From assembly GCF_032444005.1 (NCBI RefSeq), contig NC_091282.1:1103662001-1103726000 (forward strand): a DNA stretch of 64,000 nucleotides, read 5' to 3'. The position numbers and the translations under genes were made by a program. The stretch's first letter is position 1. Every line of letters starts with the position of its first letter. The notes under the pieces were generated by a model. That model saw nothing but the letters and a program-made list of their open reading frames with translations, was not told the DNA's origin and did no database searches. Source of the stretch: Ranitomeya imitator. Lineage: Eukaryota. This document shows, in pieces, positions 26,401-40,300 of the stretch.

Positions 26401-29400
26401 AAATTTAAACCGATCATGTGTGCAAACTGCGCTGCGGAATATGTTAGCGCTATATAAAAAATAATATTATTATTATACCACTGGCAGATCCTATTTGCAG
26501 GAATTCCATCATGGAAACTCATAATGTGACTCCATATTATGCAAGTCCCCTAGGTGACTGTCTGGACTCCCAAAAATATTTAGGCATACTCTTTATGAGG
26601 CAGCGGATGGTGTCTTTAGGGGAACCTCCTCCCAGACCTGGATCAGAGCATTAGTGAACTCCTGGACAGTCTGTCAGAAGAACTGATACATAATGTCAAA
26701 GAGCTTCTCAAATGGACGTAGGTCTTGGGAATGTGAGAGCCAGTCAGTGGCCTCAATGCCTTTGTCATCCAGGAACTGCCTACACACTTCAACCACACGA
26801 GGCAGAACAATGTTCTACACCAGAAGGACCCAGAGCCAAATACACCACTGAAAGGTCTGACAAAAGGAGATAAAATCAGTCAAACAGCAATGAGAGGTTA
26901 ATAACATCATTTAAGGATTTGCCTCCCCAGATCATACCTGAACCACTACCAAACTGGTGATGCTGCATGATGCTGCAGAAAAAGGTTCACCTTGGCGACT
27001 CAAGGTTCTTTCATGACAGACACACATTTATGAACCTACTCATCTGAAAGTACCTGGTGGCACTGATGCTAGTATTCTCTGGTGAATACCAACTATCCTG
27101 CATAGTGCTGGTTTGTGATCACATGTCCCACTACAGAACAGCCCCTAATGGAGTCGGTTTCTGACATTGGTTAGAAACATACACACCAGTAGCCCAACGC
27201 AGGTCATTTTGTAAGGCTGTTGGTACTCCTCCTGTTCCTCCATGTATATGTAATGGTTCAGTGTTCTGGACAGATTGATACCCAGCATATTTATCCGATT
27301 TGGGATTTCTATTGTCATGTGCAAGAGATCCTTTATTTTTTTTTTCCCGTAGTGCAGTAAATGTAAATATGCATTTTACTTACAGGCAACCATTTCCCAA
27401 CATCCCCTGTATGCAGCCAGCCGTCCTTGTCCAAAGCTTCAGCAGTTTTCTCATCATCCTTTAAGTAGCCTTGGAAAACATTTGACCCTTTCACACAAAC
27501 CTAATGAATTAAATTTGTTGCAAAAGTTAGAGACAGATATTGATGATACTTTAATAATTAACATTGTGCTCTGAACTTACCTCACCCTCTCCCTTCACTG
27601 CAAAATAGTTCATTTCATCCACGTCTACTAGCTTTATAAAGTTGCAGGGCATCGGTGCGCCAACGTGACCTGGATGGAGATACAAACTCATAAAATCTAT
27701 CTCCCATACCCATGCCAACCTTGCCTAGCGCCTAAAATGCTTTCCCATTGTAAATTGAACATTAAGTGGTGATCGCATCAAATACTGGCTAGAAGATTCA
27801 GATGATGCAGGTGTCTGATATATTACCTTTAAAATTCGTTGCAGAATATTTTTGTATACTGTCTACACAGATGCCTGCCATGCAGACTCAAAACTAATCA
27901 CGAGCGACCCTGCTAGTACAAAGAAATGCAATAGTTTCTTAATTCACAGACTGCAGACTTATTGATCTGGACCAGACAACCCCTTATATAAAGAATAAAA
28001 AGTAACTGTCGTTTTTGCTTTTATAATATAAAATTACCGTATATACTAGAGTTAAAAGCCGACCCGAGTATAAGCCGACCCCCCTAATTTTGCCACAAAA
28101 AAAACTGGGAAAACTTAATGACTTGAGTATAAGCCTAGGGTGCGAAATGCAGCAGCTACCGGTAAATTTGAAAAATAAAAATAGATACCAATAAAAGTAA
28201 AATTAATTAATTGAGACATCAGTAGGTTAAGTGTTTTTGAATATCCATATTGAATCAGGAGCCCCATATAATGCTCCATACAGTTTATGATGGGCCCCAT
28301 AAGATGCTCCATATTAAAATATGCCCCATATAATGCTGCACAAATGCTGCACATGGCCCCATAAGATGCTCCATACAGACATTTGCCCCGTATAATGCTC
28401 CACAAATGTGGATTATGGCCCCATAAGATGCTCCATACAGAGAACTGCCCCATATAATGCTGCACATGGCCCCATAAGATGCTCCATACAGACATTTGCC
28501 CCATATAATGCTGCACATGGCTGGATAAGATGCCCCATACAGACATTTGCCCCCATATAATGCTGCACATGGCCGGATAAGATGCCCCATACAGATATTT
28601 GCCCCATATAATGCTGCACATGGCCACATAACATGCTCCATACAGATATTTGGCCCAAAAGCTGTTGCTGCGATTAAAAAAAAAAAAAAAAAAATTACAT
28701 ACTTACCTTTCCCGTTCCACCGCTAAGCGCCGCTGTGTCTTCCCATCCTCTGCACCGATGTTCAGGAAGAGGGCGGCGCGCACTAATCGCGTCACCGCGC
28801 CCTCTGACCTGAGCGTCACTGCAGAGGACGCGGAAGACAGCGGCGCCGCAGCCGATGGGATGAGGAGCAGGTGAGTATCGTGCACTGCCCCCCCATCATA
28901 CTTACCTGCTCCTGGCGCCGTCGCTGCAGGTCTGTTCCCCGGCGCCGCATTTTCTTCCTGTAGTTAACGGTCACCGTTACCGCTCATTACAGTAATGAGT
29001 ATGTGGCTCCATCTCTATGGGAGGTGGAGCCGCATATTCATTACTGTAATGAGCGGTACCATGTGACTGCTCAGTACAGGAAGAAACTGCGGCGCCGGGA
29101 AGTAGGGACGGCGCCGGGAGTAGGTAAGTATAATTACACAGACAGCCCCCGCTTCCCCTCCCCTGCCGACCCCTGGGTATGACTCGAGTATAAGCCGAGG
29201 GGGGGGGGGAGGGGACTTTCAGCCCAAAAAAGTGGGNNNNNNNNNNNNNNNNNNNNNNNNNNNNNNNNNNNNNNNNNNNNNNNNNNNNNNNNNNNNNNNN
29301 NNNNNNNNNNNNNNNNNNNNNNNNNNNNNNNNNNNNNNNNNNNNNNNNNNNNNNNNNNNNNNNNNNNNNNNNNNNNNNNATATTGCAAAGTTATCAGGGA

Positions 29401-32400
29401 AATCTGCTTCTAGCTCCCCCCTCTACGTAGAATCTTATCAGTATCCACTGTCCTCTCCTGGCTCAGTGATGTAACAATCTGTCTTCACTGAATACTGATT
29501 TTAGCTTAAAATTGAGAATTAAAAAAAAAAGTGAATGATCAGTCCAGAAGGATAAAGAAGATTGCACTGATAAAAATAACCAACTCTTTAATATCTTCTG
29601 TGCGCTATTGATTTATGAAATAGAAAGAAAAACAGTTACTCATTAAATCCATTTACGTTTTAGTAGTTAAAGGGTTATTTAGGACTGGCAGACGATGTAC
29701 AGGCATTTACGATCATTGAAAATACTTCAGGAGTATGGCCTACCTGCTGTCCAGTCACCGGGAATAGTCAGTGAACATCCAGCAGTGCATTCAGTCTGTC
29801 CATAGCCCTCATAGAACTGATAAGAGACAGCACCAAAGATTGGTCATGTAAAGTACAATATGGAATAGGGTGTTTATATGGGGAATATATAGTTACAGAA
29901 GGCAATGCTACCATAAACAGGCAGAAATCCAAACACTATATTGATATCAGACCCCGTGCTTGCACATCCCCACCCAATACGGAAGTGAAATACACCCTTC
30001 ACCATTTTTCCATACAAAGTGGCCCTGGGCTACCTTCTACTGCAATGACCTGTACAGCTAGGCGGCGCCAGGAGTACAGCGGACATCACTGTGCCCCTTT
30101 ATTCTCAGGATTGGTCAGACCACCAGAGATCATTAGTGTTGAGCGATTTACCATTACTTACTATGATAGGTATAGATTTAAAGTGATATTCCTACAGAAG
30201 TACTCAGATTTTTCAACACTTAAAACAGAATTATCCAGAAAAAAGGGGTTTGCTTTTTCCCAGAAACAGAACCACACTTTGAGAATAGGTTGTTACACCA
30301 AACAAGTAATAAAATGCAGCCCATGGACATATGTAACATTATCTATGCAAAGCAACAGCCATAATCCTTGAAAACCGATTTAAGGGATTACAGAATAGTC
30401 CATTATAATACTCAAGACCACAACTTTTATTATCAAACACCCCACGTAGTATATAGCAGCCACGCAGTATATAACACAGCCCACATAATATATAGCACAG
30501 CCCACGCAGTATATAACACTGGCCTCGTAGTATATAGCAGCCTTGTGGTATCTAACACAGCCCACGTAGCATATAGCAGTGTGGGCACCATATCCCGGTT
30601 TAAAAAAAAAAAAAAAAAATTAAAGTTATTTCTATTCCCACCCGCCGTTGTCCAGCGAAGCTGTCCCTATGCGCGCGCTGCTGCCGCCAGCTTCCGTTCC
30701 CAGAGATGCACTGCAAAATTACACAGATGACTTAGTGGTCTCGCGAAACCACTAAGTCTTCTGGGTAATTTCGCAATGCATCTCTGGGAACGGAAGCTGG
30801 CGGCAGCAGCGCATGCATCGGCAAACGACGGAAGGTGAGAACAGCAGGTTTTTTTTTGTTTTTTTATCATTTTTAACATTAGATCTTTTTACTATTGATG
30901 CTGCGTAGGCAGCATAAATAGTAAAAAGTTGGTCAAACAGGGTTAAGAGCAGCGTTAACGGAGTGCGTTACCCGCAGCATAACGCGGTCTGTTAACGCTG
31001 CCATTAACCCTGTGTGAGCGATAGAGAAAGTTATATTTTTTTTTTTCATTTGAGTATAAGCCGACCCCCCCCCTAATTTTGCCACAAAAAACTGGGAAAA
31101 CTTAACTCACATATAAGCCTAGTGTGGGAAATGCAGCAGCTACCGGTAAATGTCAAAAGTAAAAATAAATACCAATAAAAGTAAAATTAATTGAGACATC
31201 AGTAGGTTAAGTGTTTTTGAATATCCATATTGAATCAGGAGCCCCATATAATGCTCCATAAAGTTTATGATGGGCCCCATAAGATGCTCCATATTAAAAT
31301 ATGCCCCATATAAATCCTGCATAAAGGTTAATAATGGCCCCATAAGATGCTCCATAGACACATTTGCCCAATATAATGCTGCACAAATGCCGATTATGGC
31401 CCCATAAGATGCTCCATAAAGATATTTGCCCCATATAGTGCTGTACAAACCTTGATTATGGCCCTATAAGATGCTCCATACAGACACCTGCCCCATATAG
31501 TGCTGCACAAGGGTCATTCCATATCAAGTGATCCAAATATGAATATTTTTTTTACCTGACGTCTTTAGATTTTTTTTATTTTTTGTTTTTATGAAGTACA
31601 ACTTTAGTTAATTACAAATTAAAAGTTTAGAATTTTCTTCATCAGGGGTATTGTTTCTCCTTGTGGAGAGTGACATACCATCTCTGGCTTGTCAAGGTAA
31701 GGAGGCTTATCCGCCATGCAATGCTCCTCTGGGAAATTAAATATGAAAATTGCCTCTTCTGAGAAAAAGAGGACTTAAACTCTATAGCGCCACCTGTTGG
31801 AAGTAGCGATCCTACAAGTCACAATAAACTCTTTAACGAGTCGTGCAATATGACTTAGGATAAAAGCCAAATCAGTATCTCAATTCGCAGACCCCTTAGA
31901 CCACAGTCCAGAGCCTCTCACCTAGCCAAATCAGTTCTCATGCTTCGCACTGACGAGGGCCAACAGCCTGAAACACTGTCTGCGAATTGAGATACTGATT
32001 TGGCTGTAATCCTAAGTCATATTGCACGACTCGTTAAAGAGTTGATTGTGACTTGTAGGATCGCTACTTCCAACAGGTGGCGCTATAGAGTTTAAGTCCT
32101 CTTTTTCTCAGAAGAGGCAATTTGCATATCTTCTTCATCAGTTAATTTTTTACAGATTTTTAAAGTTTTGAAAAAGCGCGGATTTTGGCCTGGTATGGCT
32201 TTACATTTTTTTATCATATCTCGGGCTAGAATTAAGATATAGAGGTGGGAGGCGCATCATTTTTCTCAGAACGGTACCAGCTTTCATTTGATATGTCACA
32301 AGACTATGTTTCTTTATATTGTGTTTTGAAGAAATCAAATTAAAAATTTTGATGCGCAATTCTGAAAAAAACGTATGTTTTAAAATTGTGAAAACATGCA

Positions 32401-35074
32401 TGTGTGTTACTCGTGTCCTTGTTTATATTTGTACAGGGACTCCACTTGGGATCTATCAAATTTGTATTTATTTTTTTTTTAAGCCTTGAATCATCTGATT
32501 TTATGTTTGTGCGAGTTTCTTCCTTTTTTCTTTTCAAATTACAACTTATTGCATTCAACATTTATATGTAACAATAAAGAAACAAAAAACAAATCCCGAA
32601 GTGCCAGAATAAATACATCTTAATTATCATAACAACTTACTCAGCATTTTTAACCTGAATTCTTTGAACAAGCCAAAAGATAAAAGGTGATCACATCCTC
32701 AAGTGTGGTTTTCTAAATAGTCTGATCCTAATTATATGTTAAAAACAAGATTAAAAGAACCAATATTTCTACCACCTATTTATACATGGAACAATTTTTT
32801 TTCTATTATATCACTAAACATGTAATTTCTGAAGTGTCTAAGAAGACTAGTACAGTAGTTAAATCCTCGTTCTATAAAATATGAACTAATCAAACAATCA
32901 ATAGTAGATTTTTACACTGGCCTGTTATCATTAATGTGTCCCTTCTAGTGGGTGAAATGTCATGTTGTCCATAAGGGCTCACTAGCACTGGCCGTTTCCT
33001 TCTGTGTCAGAGTATGTGCGGCCTGTCATGGTGCTCGGCTCCACCTGAGTTATATCTGATTTTTGTTCACTTTTACAACGTCTGGTTTTCTTGGATACAC
33101 AAAGGACGGCCCTGGACCAGAAAGTGCAGAAAAGTCACTTCTACGTCTTCATTTTCACAATCTTTGGAGAGTACAGTAGCCGCCAGCGCCGATCATATTC
33201 ACAGGTCACATCACCAGTTATGTCATCCATTGCCGATCTTGTGCCGCCTTCTACCACATCATAGATGTCACTGTCTTTATTTCCACTACATGGGATGACA
33301 GTGCGGTATTGCGGAGTCCCCTTTCTGCTTCCTGTAACCGATGTTATAACAAACTCTCCTCCTCTCCGTAGTCCTGGTTTGTACAATACATGAACTGGAT
33401 GTTAACAATATTTTTCTCCCTCCATTTGAGGAGTTTCCTGGGTGATAAGATCTGGTGTGAATACGGTCTGTAGAGGCCCGAGCTGCCGGCCGGTCATCTG
33501 CTCTGCATTCAATGTCTACCCCTGGTCATTCTCAGCCCTAACAAAGCTTCTCCTCTGTCCTCTCCTGCTTCTAAGCTGTAACATAATAAAATAATACAGT
33601 AATATCTAGCAATCATGGATTATTTGGTAAATCTAGACCCCACACTGTTAGACCACAGGCTGAACAGATCTGAAATCAAGATTTTTGAACTGACACTGTA
33701 ATAGTTTTATTTTAAAAAATATGATCCCATCACGATCCCAGCTTGTATTTTGGTACAGATATGAATAGGAGCAGAGCAGGCACATGTGCAGTTTTTAAAT
33801 TAAACTTTTTTTCGGAAATGCGTTTTAAAGTTTTGCGCTTGCTTTCACATAGGTAAAATATTATCAAAGATACTCTTGTGACATATCTGGTGAAAGCCTG
33901 TACAGTTCTGAGTAGAATGGTGTTTATTTTGTTTTGCATTCTCTGACACACTATTACCAAGTAACAAAATCTCAAATGAATTAAAAATATAGTGGTAAAA
34001 ATCATTGGTTCACTTGACATGGAATGACCCACAAACGTTATGGCCCCATAGATGCTCCATACAGACACTTGCCCCATTTCCTATTGCTGCGATAAAAAAA
34101 AAAAAAAAAAAAAACATACTCACCTCTCCGTTGCTCAGGCCCCCGGCACTTTCAGGCTAAGTGCACACGTTCAGGAATTCATGCAGAAAATTCCTGTGAA
34201 AAACCGGACATTTTCTGCATGAAATCCGGAAGAAAACCGCATGCGTTTTTTGCCGCGGTTTTGACGCGTTTGTCGCGTTTTTTTCCGCGGTTTTTTCCGG
34301 ACACTTCCCAATGCATTTTGCAGTGGGAAATCCGCATAAAAACCGCAAAAGGAATGAGCATGTCCGGATTTTGTGCCTGATGCGTTTTTCATGCGGAAAA
34401 AAACGCATCATGTGCACAAAACATGCGGAATTCATTCTAAATGATGGGATGCTTCTTGTATGCGGTTTTATAGCGTTTTTATAGGGAAAAACCACGAAAA
34501 AACCGGAACGTGTGAACACAGCCTCAATATTCACCTTCTCCTTGTTCCGGCGCCACTCCATCTTCAGCGTCTTCAGTACTGACGTTCAGGCAGAGGGTGC
34601 GCACTAACCACGTCACCACGCCCTCTGACCTGAGCGTCACTGCTGAAGACAGAGCGACGCCTGGAACGAACGGGGAGCAGGTAAATATCGCGCAGCGCTC
34701 CCCTTCCCGTTATACTCACCTGCTCCTGGCGCTGTGCAGTCTCTGCTTCCAACGCTTCATCCTGTACTGAGCGGTCACCGTTACCGCTCATTACAGTAAT
34801 GAATATGCAGCTCCACCTCTATGGTAGGTGGAGCCGCATATTCATTACTGTAATGAGCGGTACCATGTGATCGCTCAGTACAGGAAGCTGCCGGCGCCGG
34901 GGAAGCCAGAGACCGCGCCAGGAGTAGGTGAATATAATTAGACAGCCCCCGCTGCCCCTCCCCTGCAGACCCCTGGGTATGACTCGAGTATAAGCCAAGA
35001 GGGGGACTTTCAGCTCAAAAAAGTGGGCTGAAAATCTGAACTTATACTCGAGAGAGATAGAATATATATTTCAC

Positions 35075-35116
<42 letters not shown>

Positions 35117-37295
35117 CAGACCAAAAGTTTGGACGGACACCTTCCCATTTAAAGAGTTTTCTGTATATTCATGACTATGAAAATTGTAAACTCACACTGG
35201 AGGCATCAGAACTATGAATTAACAAATGTGGAATTATATACTTAACAAAAAAGTGTGAACCAACTGAAAATATGTCTTATAGTCTAGGTTCTTCAAAGTA
35301 GCCACCTTTTGCTTTGATGACTGCTTTGCACACTGTTGGCATTCTCTTGATGAGCTTCGAGAGGTAGTCACCGGAAATGGTCTTCCAACAATCTTGAAGG
35401 AGTTACCAGAGATGCTTAGCACTTGTTGGCCCTTTTGCCTTCACTCTGCGGTCCAGCTCACCCCAAACCATCTCGATTAGGTTCAGGTCTGGTGAGTGTG
35501 GAGGCCAGGTCACCTGGTGTAGCACCCCATCACTCTCCTTGGTCAAATAGCCCTTACACAGCCTGGAGGTGTGTTTGGGGTAATTGTCCTGTTGAAAAAT
35601 AAATGATGGTCCAACTAAACGCAAACCGGATGGAATAGCATGCCGCTGCAAGATGCTGTGGTAGCCATGCTGGTTCAGTATGCCTTCAAGTTTGAATAAA
35701 TCCCCAACAGTATCACCAGCAAAGCACCCCCACACCATCACACCTCCTCCTCCATGCTTCACGGTGGGAATCAGGCATGTAGAGTCCATCCATTCACCTT
35801 TTCTGCGTCGCACAAAGACACGGTGGTTGGAAACAAAGATCTCAAATTTGGACTCATCAGACCAAAGCACAGATTTCCACTGGTCTAATGTCCATTCCTT
35901 GTGTTCTTTAGCCAAAACAAGTCTCTTCTGCTTGTTGCCTGTCCTTAGCAGTGGTTTCCTAACAGCTATTTTACCATGAAGGCCTGCTGCACAAAGTCTT
36001 CTCTTAACAGTTGTTGTAGAGATGTGTCTGCTGCTAGAACTGTGTAGCCTTGACCTGGTCTCTAATCTGAGCAGCTGTTAACCTGCGATTTCTGAGGCTG
36101 GTGACTTGGATAAACTTATCCTCAGAAGCAGAGGTGACTCTTGGTCTTCCTTTCCTGGGGCGGTCCTCATGTGAGCCAGTTTCTTTGTAGCGCTTGATGG
36201 TTTTTGACACTGCACTTGGGGACACTTTCAAAGTTTTCCCAATTTTTCAGACTGACTGAGCTTCATTTCTAAAAGTAATGATGGCCACTCGTTTTTCTTT
36301 ACTTAGAATTTGTATTATGGCAAGAAAAAAGCAGCTAACAGTCTATTCAGTAGGACTATCAGCTCTGTATCCACCAGACTTCTGCTTAACACAACTGATG
36401 GTTCCAACCCCATTTATAAGGCAAGAAATCCCACTTATTAAACCTGACACGGCACACCTGTGAAGTGAAAACCATTCCCGGTGACTACCTCTTGAAGCTC
36501 ATCAAGAGAATGCCAAGAGTGTGCAAAGCAGTTATCAAAGCAAAAGGTGGCTACTTTGAAGAACCTAGAATATAAGACAGTTTCAGTTGTTTCACATTTT
36601 GATGCCTTCAGTGTGAATTTACAATTTTCAGTGTCGTGAAAATACAGAAAAATCTTTAAAATGAGTNNNNNNNNNNNNNNNNNNNNNNNNNNNNNNNNNN
36701 NNNNNNNNNNNNNNNNNNNNNNNNNNNNNNNNNNNNNNNNNNNNNNNNNNNNNNNNNNNNNNNNNNNNNNNNNNNNNNNNNNNNNNNNNNNNNNNNNNNN
36801 NNNNNNNNNNNNNNNNNNNNNNNNNNNNNNNGCAATTTGTGCCAACTTCCTGTCCGGAGCTAATGTCCGGAGATAAGTGACGTCAACAGTGTCCAGTGTC
36901 TGATTGGTTGCCGCCTGCTGCGAGCGACCAATCAGAAACGTGCCGTACTGTGACACACTCCGCCCGCCATTTTGGTGTGATTTTTGAATTTTTACCTCAC
37001 AGCAAGTTTCTACTGCGTGGAGGCGGGCCCAGTGACGTTGCTCTTCAAGCTCCTGCCGAATTTCGTCAAAAAAATGATAATACCATTTACCAAAACTATA
37101 TATATTTAGTTGTGAAGTGGGTCAGTGACATTTTCACACCAATTTTGAACTTTTGTTTGGTGTTTTCTCCATATACTGCCTATTATTTTTGTTCTTTCTT
37201 ACTATTATTTATTAATTGTATTATTCTTACATTTGAATAAATAAAGTATATATGGATTCTAGACTCCCGATTCTTTAGAATCGGGCTGCCATCTA

Positions 37296-37332
<37 letters not shown>

Positions 37333-40300
37333 TTAGCACACACACTTGTTAGTTAGCAGTAGTACAGTATCTAAGTACCCACCTGACAGCCAAGAGCCGC
37401 TCTCAAGAAGGTAAGCACAGTGGGAGACACTGGAGCTGCACCAGTAATCATCAGCCGTACTCTTCCCCCAAGGCTGTCCTAGAAATGAGGGGGAACACAT
37501 GATGAGAGTCATCATTACCATTGCATCCAATTCATTATTTTGTTTGTACCTTTCTTGAAGTCTGTTTGTGCAAAAAAACTACTCCAGTTTCTCCCTCACA
37601 TCTGGTGTAGTTCTGGACATCTTTCAAGTTGCATGTTCCACAACATTTTGAAAAAGATGGACTTTATTCAAAAAGTTGCAAAAATGGTTAAAAAAAAAAA
37701 AAAAAAAAAAAGACAGGGAAAGGGAGGTTTTTTTTTTCCGGTTTTTTTTTTTAACCCCTTCATGACCAGGGGATTTTTCGTTTTTCCGTGTTCGTTTTTC
37801 GCTCCCCTCCTTCCCAGAGCCATAACTTTTTTATTTTTCCGTCAATTTGGCCATGTGAGGGCTTATTTTTTGCGGGACGAGTTGTACTTTTGAACGACAT
37901 CATTGGTTTTAGCATGTTGTGTACAAGAAAACGGGAAAAAAATTCCAAGTGCGGTGAAATTGCAAAAAAGTGCAATCCCACACTTGTTTTTTGTTTAGCT
38001 TTTTTGCTAGGTTCACTAAATGCTAAAAATGACCTGCCATTATGATTCTCCAGGTCATTACGAGTTCATAGACACCAAACATGACTAGGTTATTTTTTAT
38101 CTAAGTGGTGAAAAAAAATTCCAAACTTTGCTAAAAAAAAAAAAAAAAAAAATTGCGCCATTTTCCGATACTTGTAGCGTCTCCATTTTTCCTCATCTGG
38201 GGTCGGTTGAGGGCTTATTTTTTGCGTGCCCAGATGACGTTTTTAATGATAGCATTTCGGTGCAGATATGTTCTTTTGATCGCCCGTTATTGCATTTTAA
38301 TGCAATGTCGCGGCGACCAAAAAAACGTAATTCTGGCGTTTCGAGTTTTTTTCCCGCTACGCTGTTTAGCGATCAGGTTAACACTTTTTTTTATTTGATA
38401 GATCGGGCGATTCTGAGCGCGGCGATACCAAATATGCGTAGATTTGATTTTTTTTTTATTGATTTATTTTGATTGGGGCGAAAGGGGGGTGATTTAAACT
38501 TATGTTTTTTTTATTTTTTTAAACTTTTTTTTTTTTTAACTTTTGCCATGCTTCAATAGCCTCCATGAGAGGCTAGAAGCAGGCACAACCCGATCGGCTC
38601 TGCTACATAGCAGCGATCTGCTGATCGCTGCTATGTAGCAGAATTGCACATGTGCTGTGAGCGCCGACCACAGGGTGGCGCTCACAGCGACGGGCAATCA
38701 GTAACCATAGAGGTCTCAAGGACCTCTATGGTTACCATTCACAAGCATCGCCGACCCCCGATCATGTGACGGGGTCGGCGATGACGTCATTTCCAGCCGC
38801 CCGGCCAGAAGCGGTAGTTAAATGCCGCTGTCTGCGTTTGACAGCGGCATTTAACTAGTTAATAGGTGCGGGCAGATCGCGATTCTGCCCGCGCCTATTA
38901 CGGGCACATGTCAGCTGTTCAAAACAGCTGACATGTCCCGGCTTTGGTGCGGGCTCACCGCGGAGCCCTGCATCAAAGCAGGGGAGCCGGCATCGGACGG
39001 TATAGTACGTCCGATGCCGGTAAGGGGTTAAGTCTGTTTATTAAATGCATAGTAGTACATACGGGCAATGATATCCAACAAGTACCATGAATTTAACAGC
39101 GAGATCATTTTTTGACTTTGCACTAAAGTAATGAACCACCTGCACAATTTTTATGAATTTGGTACAATAAATGCCAACAAATAAAGGAGCTGCTTCATCA
39201 TTTTTGTTTTTTGACTTGCTTTAAGTGGCCGAGGAATTTTGGAGCCAAAGATGAAGGCATACAGCGACTCATCTACATGCTGTAGTAGTTCTGCTTACAA
39301 TGCCACACATTCCTGTGGGTAATGTTCACCTTTACTGAGAGCCAAGTACTAAACCATAAACGAAAACAAGCCCAAAGCGTAAAAATTCATGATGCACAAC
39401 AGCACGTTACAAAGAGGAGAAAAAAAAGTGAACCCACCAGAAGAATAGGAGTAATCTAATCACCACATCATCTGACTTTGTTTTTACCTTTCTCACCTTC
39501 CTTCTTTATTCTGCAAATCCAACTATTTTATGCATTTGATTACTGACACCATTTGCTACATGGTTATCTGGTGGAGCTTTTATATCACCGCAGCATAAAG
39601 CAGATGAATGGAGTTGTGACTAATAAGAGTTGCAAAAAGTCTAAACCAGTTGGATTTGACCCCATTCACTTGCATCACGCTCTGCTGTGGCAGCGGCCTA
39701 GAACTAGATTTACCGGTGTGACTTGTGTCATGACCTAAATTGCGGTGTAGCAATCAGATCAGTTTTCGATTTGCGGTGAGGTCGTTGGATCCTCGCTCAG
39801 GTGGGAGACTCCCTGCTGAGCATTGATCCTTTACTGCACAGTTCAGTCTAAGCTCTTGCTTATGTGAGAGCCTCTCTTTTCTGGCGTAAACACACAGGAT
39901 AATCTTACTTTTAAGTCCTCCCTGTAGCAGATATCCATATACGAGCAGGTGCATTAAGAACAATATAGCCTCACCCTTCTGTAAATACGGCCTGGAGTGA
40001 TCCGCTCATCACATAGCACAACATTCCCGTCCAGATCTCAGACGGCGCGTACAGCAATGACGCCATACAATTAGTGTAGTGTCCCCTACCTGAACTTTTT
40101 GAAATATGAGTTTGTCCCAAACACTGTCCTTTCGGATAATTCCGCTCCGGAGTTCTGCCTCTTTTCTTTTGGAAGCAAAGTCCAACAGCCAGCGTTTTAA
40201 AGTAGTATTCGCTTGTCCGAAAATCTGAATGTTAGAAGAAAAAGTAAATGTCAGAGCCAAGTGGAGAACAAAAACCCAACATGTGTTGTGTGTATTACAG

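Larger units (their letters stand above)
18653..26403 (-). mobile_element. DIRS1-type retrotransposon, degenerate, interrupted by CR1
   Basis: ITRs plus ICR (18912-19006). [22 protein letters not shown]...YLDDLLI; RNase H DASLLGWG; methyltransferase-like [21 protein letters not shown]; YR box [12 protein letters not shown]...[13 protein letters not shown]. Confidence 0.92.
31511..34030 (-). mobile_element. Sola2-like DNA transposon, internally deleted
   Basis: 26-bp TIRs GGGTCATTCCATRTCAAGTGAWCCAA (24/26); 4-bp TSD ACAA; imperfect subterminal inverted repeats (~32260 and ~33880). Decayed transposase C-terminus [48 protein letters not shown] at ~32990-33400. Confidence 0.6.
31050..35052. mobile_element. 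Second copy of the 28037 MITE family, split by Sola2-like and Harbinger insertions
   Basis: 31050-31510, 34031-34154 and 34524-35052 align with 28060-29236. Confidence 0.75.

Noticed and set aside
28115-28658. Overlapping repetitive ORFs (MCSIIWG.., CAALYGA..)
   Set aside because: Products of a ~40-bp minisatellite in a MITE.
33141-33386. 81-aa ORF as a nested host gene
   Set aside because: Better explained as a frameshifted transposase remnant between TIRs.
36438-36956. ORFs containing X runs (also 29134..29474)
   Set aside because: Artefacts of assembly gaps.
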